A DNA stretch of 64,000 bases from Octopus sinensis (taxonomy: Eukaryota). The stretch is from NCBI RefSeq assembly GCF_006345805.1, contig NC_043007.1:28210001-28274000 (forward strand). Direction: 5' to 3'. The first letter of the stretch is position 1, and every line of letters begins with the position of its first letter. The position numbers were made by a program, and so were the translations under genes. The notes beneath the pieces were generated by a model. That model ran no database searches, had not been told where the DNA came from, and worked only from the letters and a program-made list of their open reading frames with translations. Positions 13,380 through 26,200 of the stretch are shown one piece after another.

Positions 13380-13601
13380 ACATACATACATACACACATA
13401 TATATTATGCACGCGCACAAATATATACACGCACAGACACACACGACCACATATACACACATATATCACACATATACATACATATATGGTATGTATATAT
13501 ATATATATATATACAATATATATATATATATATTATATATATATATAATATATAATATATAAATATATATACATACATATATATATACATACATATATGT
13601 G

Positions 13602-13640
<39 letters not shown>

Positions 13641-14638
13641 TATGTATGTATAGATGTATATATATATATGTATATATAAATATATATATATATATATATT
13701 ATATATATAATATATATTATATATGGGTGTGTGTGTGTCTGTTGTGTTGTATGTATGTATATAAAAAAGAAACAAAATTCAATGAGGATTTTTTTTCTTG
13801 AATTTTGTAAGCGTTGGTAACGAAGAATTGGTAACACTGAGCCTAAAACTCAAACCATTGATGGTTCGTATCACCGTCTCCAAAGTGACTTCATTTCCTT
13901 TGACCCAGCTCACTTGAATATGAATATAAACTTGAGTCTGACGCTGCTGATGTTGTTATTTCTAGGAAATATTTTAAATAAAAATTTATTAAGAAATATT
14001 TAAATATTTTACAGCGAGTCATGCAGATGTATCGAAGTACCGGGCAGAATAAAATGGCGAATGCGTTAATCCATAGATCGACGAAGGTGTTTCACTGAAA
14101 TTAACCATTTCATCAACGGGAGCTCATTTCTGTGGTTGGCCACATCTATTCTGATCAGAGGGTGTAAGGAAGTGGTTCGAGGCTTCAAGGGACTTAGGAC
14201 GTTTTAACCACGATAAGTTGGGAAAATAGAAGACCGTATGGAGAGCAGGCGGTTCTTTGTCCGCTTGCGATCTTCCAAGTGTAGGACCGAAGAAGGCTGG
14301 GTCGGAAATCGATTTCAACAGATTATTGAATTAAATATGAACAAAAAAGCACAGAATTATTGTTACGTGAGTTCCTTAGAGGTCAGAATGATATACTGAA
14401 ATTATTTACTCGCATTCAAACACACGCATACACCCGATACTTGCTAAACAAGGAATACCAACATAAAGCCTTATATACATAGATTAATATATATAATATA
14501 TAATATATATATATATATATCATATATATATATATATATATAAAAATATGTATAGATATATATATATTTTAATAGATGTTTTATGTACTTGGTCTGCATA
14601 TATTATATATGCGTGTCGTGTATATATATATATAATAG

Positions 14639-14669
<31 letters not shown>

Positions 14670-15710
14670 GTATAATGCATGCGTGTGTCTGTGTGAGTGT
14701 GTATGTGTGTGTGAATGTGTGTATTACATATTAGCATCAATCATGTATAAACAAAGAAACGACCGAGAATACATATAAACGTTGGATCGGTCAATCTGTT
14801 TATATACATAATGTTTTTGTACACAGACATACACATATACATATATAAATACATATATACAATATCATATAAAAATATTTACATAGTAACATAAACACAC
14901 CTACAAGCTCACCCACTCAACACACTCACATACACACACATACACATATACTAGTTTATGTAATGTATATATATATGTGTGTGTATGTGTATGTCAACAT
15001 GCATAAACAACAGACATATATACACCTGTACATGTATGTATTATGACAAAATACACGGACATTTGATGTGACATAAGAACGTGACGCATGGATCTAAAAG
15101 AGGAGACATGATGCACTCATGTGTGCCAATGTGGCCGGACGATGAATTGATGGCTACATGTGTGTATGCATGTATGTTTGTATGTATATTTACATATATC
15201 CTCATAATGATCGTACTCTAATCGTTTGAATACGTTGGAAACGAGGCAAAGGAACTTAAATCAATTTCATATTGTATATCGTCCACTAAATATATATAAT
15301 TACATATGCATATAATATATATATATTATATATATATATATATATATTATATATAGTATATATATATATATATATATGAATATGTATATGTATATATATA
15401 TGTATATATATGCGTATATATATATATATATATACATATGAATAGTATATGTATATATGATGCATATGTTATATGTATATATATATGTATATATATGCGT
15501 ATATTGATATATACCATATATTTATATTGTGCGCGTATATATGTATATATCGTGGATACACCACATACACATATATATGTATTTATAAATTCTCTCTCCC
15601 AAAACATATATATTATATATATAATACATACACACACACGCACACAATCACTCACACGCGCGCACACCCTCATACACACATGCACACACACACATATATA
15701 TAATTCTAAA
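13380..15710. repeat. Series of (TA)n/(CA)n/(TG)n microsatellites (13380-13760, 14480-14720, 14820-15000, 15310-15700)
   Basis: Direct reading. Confidence 0.9.
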
Positions 15711-17010
15711 TTCTAAATTATCCTACAAAATTCTTATGTGAGTAATATTGGGTGTTGTTTGTATCGGCAAATGAAAGCACCTTCACTTTACATATCTTTA
15801 TCTTTGTGATTAGAAAAAGCGGTTGCAACAAACTAATTCCATTCTTGCTTTGGAGTTTCTCTTCAATGGTTGATGATAATACCAATATATGATTATATGC
15901 TTATATAATTAATATACAATAATAATTAATATACAATGATATGTAATCATCACCATCGAAAACAAAAGTTAATTATTATCTTAAGGAATGACACCGTTGG
16001 AATTTATGCTAAATATTTGCTCGGCATGGTTAGAGACAGGATGTAACCGATGATAAATGGTAAATGGTTTTACGGTAGGCTTGTGAGTTTCTTTTGCTGT
16101 TTAGTAAATGTAATATTTAATAGCTTATTTTAACTTTTTCCTTTCATTGTAAATATTCATCTTCCTATTAATACGTTCATAAAACAAAAATGTTGTTTAA
16201 ATATTCTTTTTTTTCTCTTATATTTCGTTCCAGGTTCAAATAAAGCATTTTACTTGGATAATAGCATGATTTCATTCGCAAAAACCAAGTCGGAATTTTC
16301 TTGATTTATCTTGAAGATAAACTGGTTCTCTAAAATATTCTAAAGAATATTGTAGAGAAAACTTCATGAAAAATATCAGTTTAACAGTTTTGTGAGTTTT
16401 GAGATAATTTTTCTGGAACTTGGAGTCTATGAATATTTTTTACATAAATATATAATGAAACTAAACGTAGCTGCAATATATTTAAAATGACTACGATAAA
16501 ATTTTTAACATGGCGTTTGTGTTACTTTCGACACAGTAAATAGTACAGTGCCAAAACGTACGGTGCCAATGTTTCAAAACAATCAATTTCCTAGATAAAG
16601 ATTTGTGTGAATGGACAGATTCATAGACTGTTCCAGAATCGACAAAAACAAAAAGCAAAAAACAAAACAGAAAAGCGAAAAAACAAAACAAAACAAAAGA
16701 CATTAAACAAAGAATCTAATGAAAAACAAATGCGTTTTGCCAAGAAAATAAACAATTCAAAACGAAAATGTAAGAAGAAAATAAAATATGGTTATTGGTT
16801 TATTCCATTTCGACGAAATTCTTTCTCTGTTCATTCAGTTTTGGTATGTTCTGAACTTTATGAATGCCACGCTAAAGTTGGGTCCATCCATGCACGGGTG
16901 CACATGCATATGCACGCAAACGCAACACAAACGCAGATATATATATAAATATATATAAATACTTATATATATACATATATATATATTTGTGTGTACGTAT
17001 GTATACTAAT

Positions 17011-17110
17011 NNNNNNNNNNNNNNNNNNNNNNNNNNNNNNNNNNNNNNNNNNNNNNNNNNNNNNNNNNNNNNNNNNNNNNNNNNNNNNNNNNNNNNNNNN
17101 NNNNNNNNNN
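17011..17110. other. Assembly gap (100 N)
   Basis: Run of n bases. The true length is unknown. Confidence 0.99.
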
Positions 17111-17493
17111 GATTTCATCCAGATAGTTTTGGCCGACGAGCTACAAGTGGATTTTTTTGTAAGTAAAATTTACATTAATTCATTAATAGCGAAACAATTG
17201 TCCCAAAATAATCTGTATTTTTGTTATTTTTTATTTGCCCTGTCCGTGTGAGCTAACAATCGTGCTGACTTTCATGGGAAACATGTATTTTTAGTGGTTG
17301 AAACCTTTGGATTAACTGGTGCTAGAGTGAGCCATATAGTGACCACTCTCTTATAGTTTATTTGTAAAATATTATAATATATTATAAAATATATAATAAT
17401 CCAGGTTTCTCGGAGCACTAGGCCACTTGGTGTTGAATGGATATACTATTAAATTAGTATCTAATTCTCTCACCCTTATTAATTAATTACATA

Positions 17494-17528
<35 letters not shown>

Positions 17529-17549
17529 CTATAATATATGATTGATTGA

Positions 17550-17745
17550 TTGATTGATTCTAGTTTCAGCTTATGAGCTGTGGCCATGCTGGGGCACCGC
17601 CATTTGGTGTTGCTACTTGGTTTCACTTCATGGGGTCTTTCTAGCACTGCTATTTGGTGCATGAGAGAGTTCGATGCAGCTGCCCTCATCTGTCACTCCT
17701 GCCGTGAAGTTGGTTCATCTGGGACACCTGACAGGAAGAGATCCA
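17550..17745 (-). mobile_element. LINE-like 3' end with an (AATC)n tail
   Basis: (attg)n tract at 17540-17558 followed by a complex non-coding body. Confidence 0.5.
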
Positions 17746-18023
17746 GCTAAAGGTTGTGCTCCAACATGGCCACAGTCAAATGACTGAAACAAATGAGAGT
17801 AAAAGAGTAAATAACGAGAAAAGTCCATGACCTGTTCACTAGGGAGATAGCAGAAAATATCTCCTAGAGTTACTTCCCTAACGTCATATGATACGTTTCA
17901 TGTTGTAATATCTGTAATAAAGTAATAATGACATAATCAAGTTTCTTTTTTGTTTTATATAGTATATATGCGTATGTGGGTATATACACGTATATCTGTA
18001 AGTATATATATATATATATAAAT

Positions 18024-21000
18024 ACTGGAGCGCCGCCTTTAGTCGATCACACCGTCCGCAGCACTTCGTTGTAAGCCTAGTATTTATTCTAACTTATTCT
18101 CTTTTGCTGAACCACTAAAATACAGGGAGTAAAACAGCTACAGTCGTTCGAAGGTAATGACCAAACAGTCTACTCTTATCCACCAGTTCCAACACGATTT
18201 AACAAAAAAGGAGACAAATTGCTTAACTAGATTTCACTGCAAACCAGTAACATCTATGAACTTCCCAAAATCTACAAAAGTTAAGCCATAAACAAAACAT
18301 GTAACAAGTTAACTTCTATAGTTATAAATATTCCACACTCGAGAGATCTCCGAATGAGGCCAATTATGGCCAATCCAGGTTTGTAGATACGAGAGGCATT
18401 GGGTGCTTAACACTCGCAAATCTGAAGTCGCTAAAGGTGCAAGAAATTGAACTTCTTTTCATTTAGAACTTAGGGATCTGCAAATGGGGTATCTTGGAGA
18501 TGCTTAAAGTGTTTGTTGTAGCTGTAATTGTCGCACACACACAAACGAATAAAGACACAGTCGCTCACACACACGTACACACAAAATTAAAAACATTCAC
18601 AAAACACAGACACTGAAATGAAAATAGCAACACACACACACATATAAAAAGTCCCCGACACAAAACACTGAAAAAATATTCTCACACAAACACTCACATA
18701 CGCACAAAGACAAACACACAAATAAAAATACAGATACATATTCACACACTCAAACACGCGGACAAACACAGAAATGAAAACAGTTACATACCTACACATG
18801 CACAAACACAGACACACACAAATAGAAATTGGAAATACGGTTACACATCCAACTCGCACACACTAACATACGCACAAACACACACCCACACACACAAACA
18901 TAAGCACCCACACACAGAAATGAAAACGCAGTTACACACTCACACATAAAACCCTAACCGTAACTAGCACAAACATACATTTATTCAGAATGTAAAGAGG
19001 CTTGGGTGCTTTGAACTCGCAGTTAGAATATCAGCCCCCTCCAAGCGAGCATGAGAATTTCTTTTATCCACTTGTGAAATTAATACATTGTCGACACATG
19101 GGAAAAATATGAGCAACACCTCAAGTCACTAAAGGTGCAATAAATTGAACTTATTTTGATTTAGTACTTAGTGATCTCAAATGTGGGTATCTTAGAAATG
19201 GTCAAAGTGCTTGTTGCATTTGTAAGTGTCGCACACACACAAACAAATAGAAACACTCAGTCGCTCACACACTCGCGCACACAGAAAAAAGCACTCTCTC
19301 ACACACACACACACACAAAACACTGAAATGAAAATACCCACAATCACATAAATAAAAACAGTCCCACACACACAAGGAGCCCCAATAGGTATATCAAAAA
19401 AGCTTCTAGTATTTTCCTAGCCCATAATTTATGATAACTGAAGTTCTAACAGTAAATAAATAACTACTAAATCAGTACATCGAACATTACGTCCCCGTAA
19501 CTTATCGGTTTTGCAAAAGAGACCTATACGTTAAGTAATAGGCATACAAAGAATAATTGCTGGGGTTGATTTGTTTGACTAAAGGCGGTGCCCCACCATG
19601 AAAGAGTCAAAGAGCGACAAAGTCTATATTGCGATAACTACATACTTAAGGGAAATAACTACAAAGTATCTTCTACAGTTACTTCCCTTAAATATTAAAA
19701 TTTAACAATAATAAAATAATATTTAAGGAAATTAACTCTCGGAAGGGAGATAACTAGATAACATCTTCCGGAGTTACTTTCCTTACATATAATTATACTA
19801 CTTTTATTTAAATTATAATATCCAGGGGAAATAACTCTCGAAAATATTATTCAGACATGACAATCTTTTACGCTATTTTGGAGTTTAACTGCTCTATCTA
19901 GTGAGTCGAATGTCCCATTATGGCCATCCCTTATATGTTTAAATATCTAAATGTATATACATAAATCTGTCAATATATACTTATGTCTCTCTCTCTTTAT
20001 ATATATACATACACCTATCTATATACGACGGGCTACTTTCTGTTTCCGTGTACCAAATCTACTCAGAAATGTTGGTCTGTCCGAGGCTATATTGGAAGAC
20101 ACTTGCCCATGGGGCCACGTAGTTGGACTGAACCAGAATCACCGTGTTTGGAAAGCAAGCTACATACCACAGCCACTCTTACTGCTACATATATATATAT
20201 ACGACAGTCTTCTTTTAGTTTCCGTCTCCCAAATCCACTCACAAGGCTTTGGTCGGCCCGAGACTATAGTAGAAGACATTTGCCCAACATGCCACCCAGT
20301 GGGACTGAACTCGGAAACATTTGTTAGGTAAGCAAGCTAATTCCCATTCAGACACTACTGTTTGTTAACCGGACAAGTTCAAGGTGAGACCTACTTGTTT
20401 GTATGCAAATGAGTTCATTAATGGGGTCCGGAACTTTCACGGCTGGTTCCCATAAGACAATGCAACCACCTTGGGTATATGTGGACTGTGCTCACACACG
20501 CACAAACACTCACACGTCCGCACCCACGAATATAGATACATGCAAAGACGCAATCTCGTACCTATTTATGTTTTAAATATGTTGACCTTAAAACTGCGAC
20601 ATTCTGGAAACACACGTCCGCAACCATGCACATAGAGACATGCATGTATGCAAACTCGTAGCTATTTATGTTTTAAACATGTTGACCTTTAAACCGTGAT
20701 ATTCTGTGTCTGTGCGCGCATTTCTGTGAGAATGATTGCTCACAAAACGCAATGAGTTCAAACCAACAGCGTTGCACCTTCAGCAAGTGTATTCAACTAT
20801 AGCCTTGGGCCGACCAAAGTATTCTGAGTGGAGTGTGTAGAGGGAAACTGAAAGAATCCGTCGTATATATGAATATCGGCGTAGCAATGGCTATGTTGTA
20901 AAGTAGTTCGCTTGCGAACCACATGGTTTGCTGTTCACTCCCACTGCCTGTCATCTTATGCAATTGTCTACTACTGTACCCCAAGGCCGACCTAATCCTT

Positions 21001-21456
21001 GTGATTGGATTTAGTGGAAGGAAACTGAAAAAATACCATCGTATATATGTTTAAATGTGTGCGTGTGTGTGTGTGTGTGTGTGTTTGTTCGCACTCGAAG
21101 GGCACACGAGAATGCACGCACGTACTATCACACATACAGATGCAAGTTTTCTTAATAAAACGGAAAGAACTCCCGTTCCATCCCTTACAGTTTCTTTTTT
21201 GTTTTAGACACTACATATACGTGCGTGGGTATATACACGTATATCTGTATGTGTATGTCTGGGTAAAACAGACTTTCGCGGTTGGGTCACATTAGCCGAT
21301 GTGACAACCTTGGGTATGTGTGGACTGTGCTCACACACGCACAAATACCCACACTTCCGCACTCATGCACATAGATACATGCAAAGCTTTAGATTATATA
21401 TATAGCGTGTGTGGGTATATATACGTATATCTGTATGTGTATATATAAATATATAT

Positions 21457-21530
<74 letters not shown>

Positions 21531-22870
21531 TGGAGCGCCGCCTTTAATCGAGCACATCGTCCGCAGCACATATTCTTTGTAAGCCTAGTATTTATTCTAA
21601 CTTGTTCTCTTTTGCCGAACCGCTAAAATACGGGGAGTAAAACACACCTGTATCGGTTAAAAGCATCAACAACTACAGTCAATCGAAGATAATGACCAAA
21701 CTGTCTACTCTTACCCACCAGTTCCAACACGGTTTAACAAAAAAGGAGACAAATTGCTTGAGTAGATTTGACTGCAAAGCCAGTAACATCTACAAAAGTT
21801 GAGCCATAAACAAAACCTGTAACAAGTTAACTTCTATAGTCATAAATATTCCACACCCGAGAGATCTCCGAATGAGGCCAATTATGGCCGATCCAGGTAT
21901 GTAGATACGGGGTGCTTAACACTCGCAAATCTGGAGTCACTAAAGGTGCAATTGAACTTCTTTTCATTTAGAACTTAGGGATCTGCAAATGTGGGTATCT
22001 TAGAGATGCTTAAGGTGTTTGTTGTAGCTGTAATTGTCGCATACAAACAGACGCTCACACACACGTATACACAGAAATAAAAACATTCACACAAACACAA
22101 ACACTGAAATGAAAACAGTTACATACCTACACATGCACACACACAAATAGAAATGAAAATAGTCACACACAGAAATGAAAACGCAGTTACACATTCACAC
22201 ATAAAACCCTAACTAGCATAAACATACAATTTATTCAGAATGTAGAGGGGCATTGGGTGCTTTGCACTCGCAGTTAGAATATCAGCTCCCTCCACGCCAG
22301 TATTAGAATTTCTGTCATCCACTTGTGAAATTAATACATTGACGACACATGGGAAAAATATGAGCAACATCTGAAGCCACTAAAGGTGCAATAAATTGAA
22401 CTTATTTTGATTTAGTAGTTAGTGATTTCAAATGTGGGTATCTTAGAAGTGGTCAATGTGTTTGTTGTAGTTGTAAGTGTCGCACACACACAAATAGAAA
22501 CACACAGTCGCTCACACACTCGTGCACACAGAAATAAAAACACTCACACACACACACAAACACTGAAATGAAAATAACCACACTCACATAAATAAAAACA
22601 GTCCCCCACACACAAGGAGCCCCAATAGGTCTATCAAAAAAGTTTCTAGTATTTTTCCTAGCCCATAATTTATGATAATTGAAATTCTTACAATAAATAA
22701 ATACCTACTAAATCAGTATATCGAACATTACGTCCCCGTAACTTATCGGTTCTGCAAAAGAGAACCATACATTAAGTAATAGGCATACAAAGAATAATTC
22801 CTGAGGTTGATTTGCTTCACTAAAGGCAGTGCTCCACCATGGTCACAGCGAAATAACTGAAAGAGTCTAA
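18024..22870. mobile_element. SINE family D fragments at 18024-18140 and 21530-21670 (one orientation) and 19480-19605 and 22725-22870 (opposite)
   Basis: ctggagcgccgcctttagtcga...gtaagcctagtatttattct...cttttgccgaaccgctaa and its reverse complement. Confidence 0.75.
20025..21045. mobile_element. Four copies of SINE family B: 20025-20175 and 20203-20345 (-), 20755-20870 and 20880-21045 (+)
   Basis: Shared ctatagccttgggccgaccaaag...gagtggatt...ggaaactgaaagaa.ccgtcgtatat body with an AT microsatellite tail. Confidence 0.8.
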
Positions 22871-23258
22871 GAGCGACAAAGTGTATATTACAACTACATA
22901 CTTAAGGGTGATAACTACAAAGTATCTTCTACAGTTACTTCCCTTGAATATCATAAGTTAACAATAAAAAATATGCTGGGAAATTAACTCTCGGAAGGGA
23001 GATAACTAGATAACGTCTTCCAGAGTTACTTTCCTTACATACAATTATATTACTTTTAATAAATTATAATGAGCAAGAGGAAGTAACTTTCGAATATATT
23101 ATTCAGACATGACAGATTTTACGATTTTTTGGAGTTTAACTGCTCTCTCTAGTGAGTCGGATGTCCCATTATGGCCATCCCATATATGTTTAAATATCTA
23201 TATGTATATACATATATATGTCAATATATCAATATATACCTATGTCTCTCTCTATATA

Positions 23259-26200
23259 TAACGCCTTTTAACGTCATTTAACGTTATTTAACGTCATTAA
23301 TGTCATTTCATTTAACGTCATTTAATGTAATATAAGGTCATGCCATTTAGCGTCATGTCATTTAACGTCATTTAACGTCACGTCATTTAACGTCATGTCA
23401 TTAAACGTCATGTCAATTAACGTCATTTAACATCATTTAACGTCATTTCACGTCCTGTCATTTAACGTCATTTACATCGAGTCATTTAAAGTTATTTAAC
23501 CTCAGTTAATGTCATGTCATTTAACATCATTGAACGTCACGGCATTTAACCCCATTTCACGTCATGTCATTCAACTATATTTAACGTCATGTTATTTAAC
23601 GAAATTTAACGGCATGTCATTTAACGTCATTTAAAGTCATGTCATTGAACGTCATGACATTTAACGTCATGTCATTTAACGTCATTTAACGTAATATCAT
23701 TTCACTTCATTTAACATCATTTAACATCATGTCATTTAGCGTCACTTAACATCATGTCATATAGTGTCATTTAACGTCATTTAACGTTATTTAACGTCAT
23801 TTAACGACATGTCATTTAACGTCATATCATTCAAAGTCATTTAACGTCATGTCATTTATCGTTAAGTAACGTAATTTAACGTCATTTCATCTAACGTCAT
23901 TTAACGTAATATAACGTCATTTAACGTAATATAACGTCATGTCACTTATCATCATTGAACGTCATTTAACGTGATGTCATTTAACGTCATTTAACGACAT
24001 GTCATTTACCATCATTTAACGTCATTTAACGTCATGTCATTTAACGTCATTTAATCTCATGTCATTTAACGTCATATAAAATCATTTAGCGTCATTTAAC
24101 GTCATGTCATTCAACGTCATGTCATTTAACGTAATTTAACGTTTTTTAACGTCATGTCATTTAACGTCATTTAACATCATGTCATTTTACGTCTTGTCAT
24201 TTAACATGATTTAACGTCATTTAAGGTCATATCATTTAACGTCATTTAACGTCATTTTACGTTATGTCAATTTACGTTATTTAACGTCATTTAACGTCAT
24301 GTCATTTCAAGTTATTTCGCGTCATGTCATTTAACGTCATTTAATAGCATGTCATATAACATCATTTAACGTCTCTTAACGTCATGTCATTTAACATTAT
24401 GTAACGTCATATAACGTCATGTCAATTAACGTCATTTTACGTAATATGACGTCATGTCATTTAACGTCATTTAACGTCATGTCATTTATCATCATTTAGC
24501 GTCATTTAACGTCATGTCATTTACCATCATTTAACGTCATTTAACCTCATAAAACGCCATTTAACGTCATTTCATTTAATGTCATTTAGCGTCATGTCAT
24601 TTAACATCATTCAACGTCATTTAGCGTCATGTAATTATACGTGATTTAACGTCATGTCATTTAACGTCATTTAACCTCATTTAACGTCATGTCATTCAAA
24701 TTTATTTAACGTCATGTCATTTAACGCCATTTAACGTCATATAACGTCATGTCATTTAACGTCATTTAACGTCACGTCATGAAATTTAACATCATTTAAC
24801 GTCATTTAAAGTCATGTCATTTAACGTCATTTACCGTCATGTCATTCAACGTATTTTAACGTCATGTCATTGAACGTCATGTCCTATAACATCATTTAAC
24901 TTCATTTCATTTAACGTCATTTACCGTCAAGTCATTTAACATCATTTAAATTGATTTAACGACACATCATTTAACATAATTTAACGTCATTTAAGTTAAC
25001 GGCATTTAACATCATGTTATATAACTTCAAATACCGTCAAATTACGTCATGTCATTCAACGTCATGTAACGTCATATAACGTCATGTCATTTAAGGTCAT
25101 TTAGCGTCATTTAACGTCATTTTATTTAACATTATTTAGCATCATTTCACGTCATGTCATTTAACTTCATTTAACGTCATTTGACGTCATTTAACATCAT
25201 GTCATTTAACGTCATTAAACGACATTCAACGTCATGTCATTTAATGTCATTTAACTTCATGTCATTTAACGTCATGACTTTTAAATCATTTGACGGCTTT
25301 TCATTTAACGTTATTTAACGTCATGTCATTTAAGGTCGTCATTTAACGTCATTTAACATCTCGTAATTTACGTCATTTAAAGTCATTTAGCGTCATGTCA
25401 TTTAACGTTATCTAACGTCATGTCAATTAACGTCATTTAACGTTATTTACCGTCATTTCATTTAACATCATATAAAGTCATTTCATTTAGCATCATTTAC
25501 CGTCATGTCATTTAACGTCATTTAACGTCACGTCATTTAACGTCATTTAACGTAATATAGCGTCATGTCATTTAACCTCATGTCATTTAACCTCATGTCA
25601 TTTAACGTCATGTTATATAAAGTTATTTAACGTCATTCAACATCATGTCATTTAACATCATTTAGCATCATGTCATTTAACGTCATGTAATTTTACTTCA
25701 TTTAATTTCATTTAACGTCATGTCATTTAACGTCATTTAACATCATTTAACGTCATGTCATTTAACATCATTTAACATAATTTAACGTCATGTCATTTAA
25801 CGTCATTTAGCGTCATGTCATTTAAAGTCATTTAACGTCATGTCATTTTACGTGTTTAACTTCATGTCATTTAACGCCATATCATATAAGGTCAATTAAC
25901 TTTATGTCATTCAACTTTTTTAAAGTCATGTCATTTAACGTTAGTTAATGTCATGTCATTTAACATCATTTAACGTCATTTAACGACATGTCATTTAACG
26001 TCAATTAACGTTATTTAACGTCATGTCATTTAACATCATTAAACGTCTTTTAACATCATGTCATTTAATGTCATTTAACGTCATGTCATTTAACATCATG
26101 TCATTCAGCGTCATTTAACGTCATGTATTGAACGTCATGTTATTTAACGACATTTAACGACGTGTCATTTAACGTCATTTAACGTCATGTCATTTAAAGT

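Larger units (their letters stand above)
17950..23258. repeat. Local ~2 kb duplication: unit A ~17950-20000, unit B ~21400-23258
   Basis: Colinear similarity throughout (e.g. ccagttccaacacg.tttaacaaaaaaggagacaaattgc; ggagccccaataggt.tatcaaaaaag; tgtcccattatggccatccc), with moderate divergence. Confidence 0.92.

Noticed and set aside
23245-23262. Helitron 5' end (TCTCTCTATATATAA) as the source of the satellite
   Set aside because: The same tctctctct-tatata stretch is present in duplication unit A, where it is a SINE tail microsatellite, and no CTAG-hairpin end was found after the satellite.
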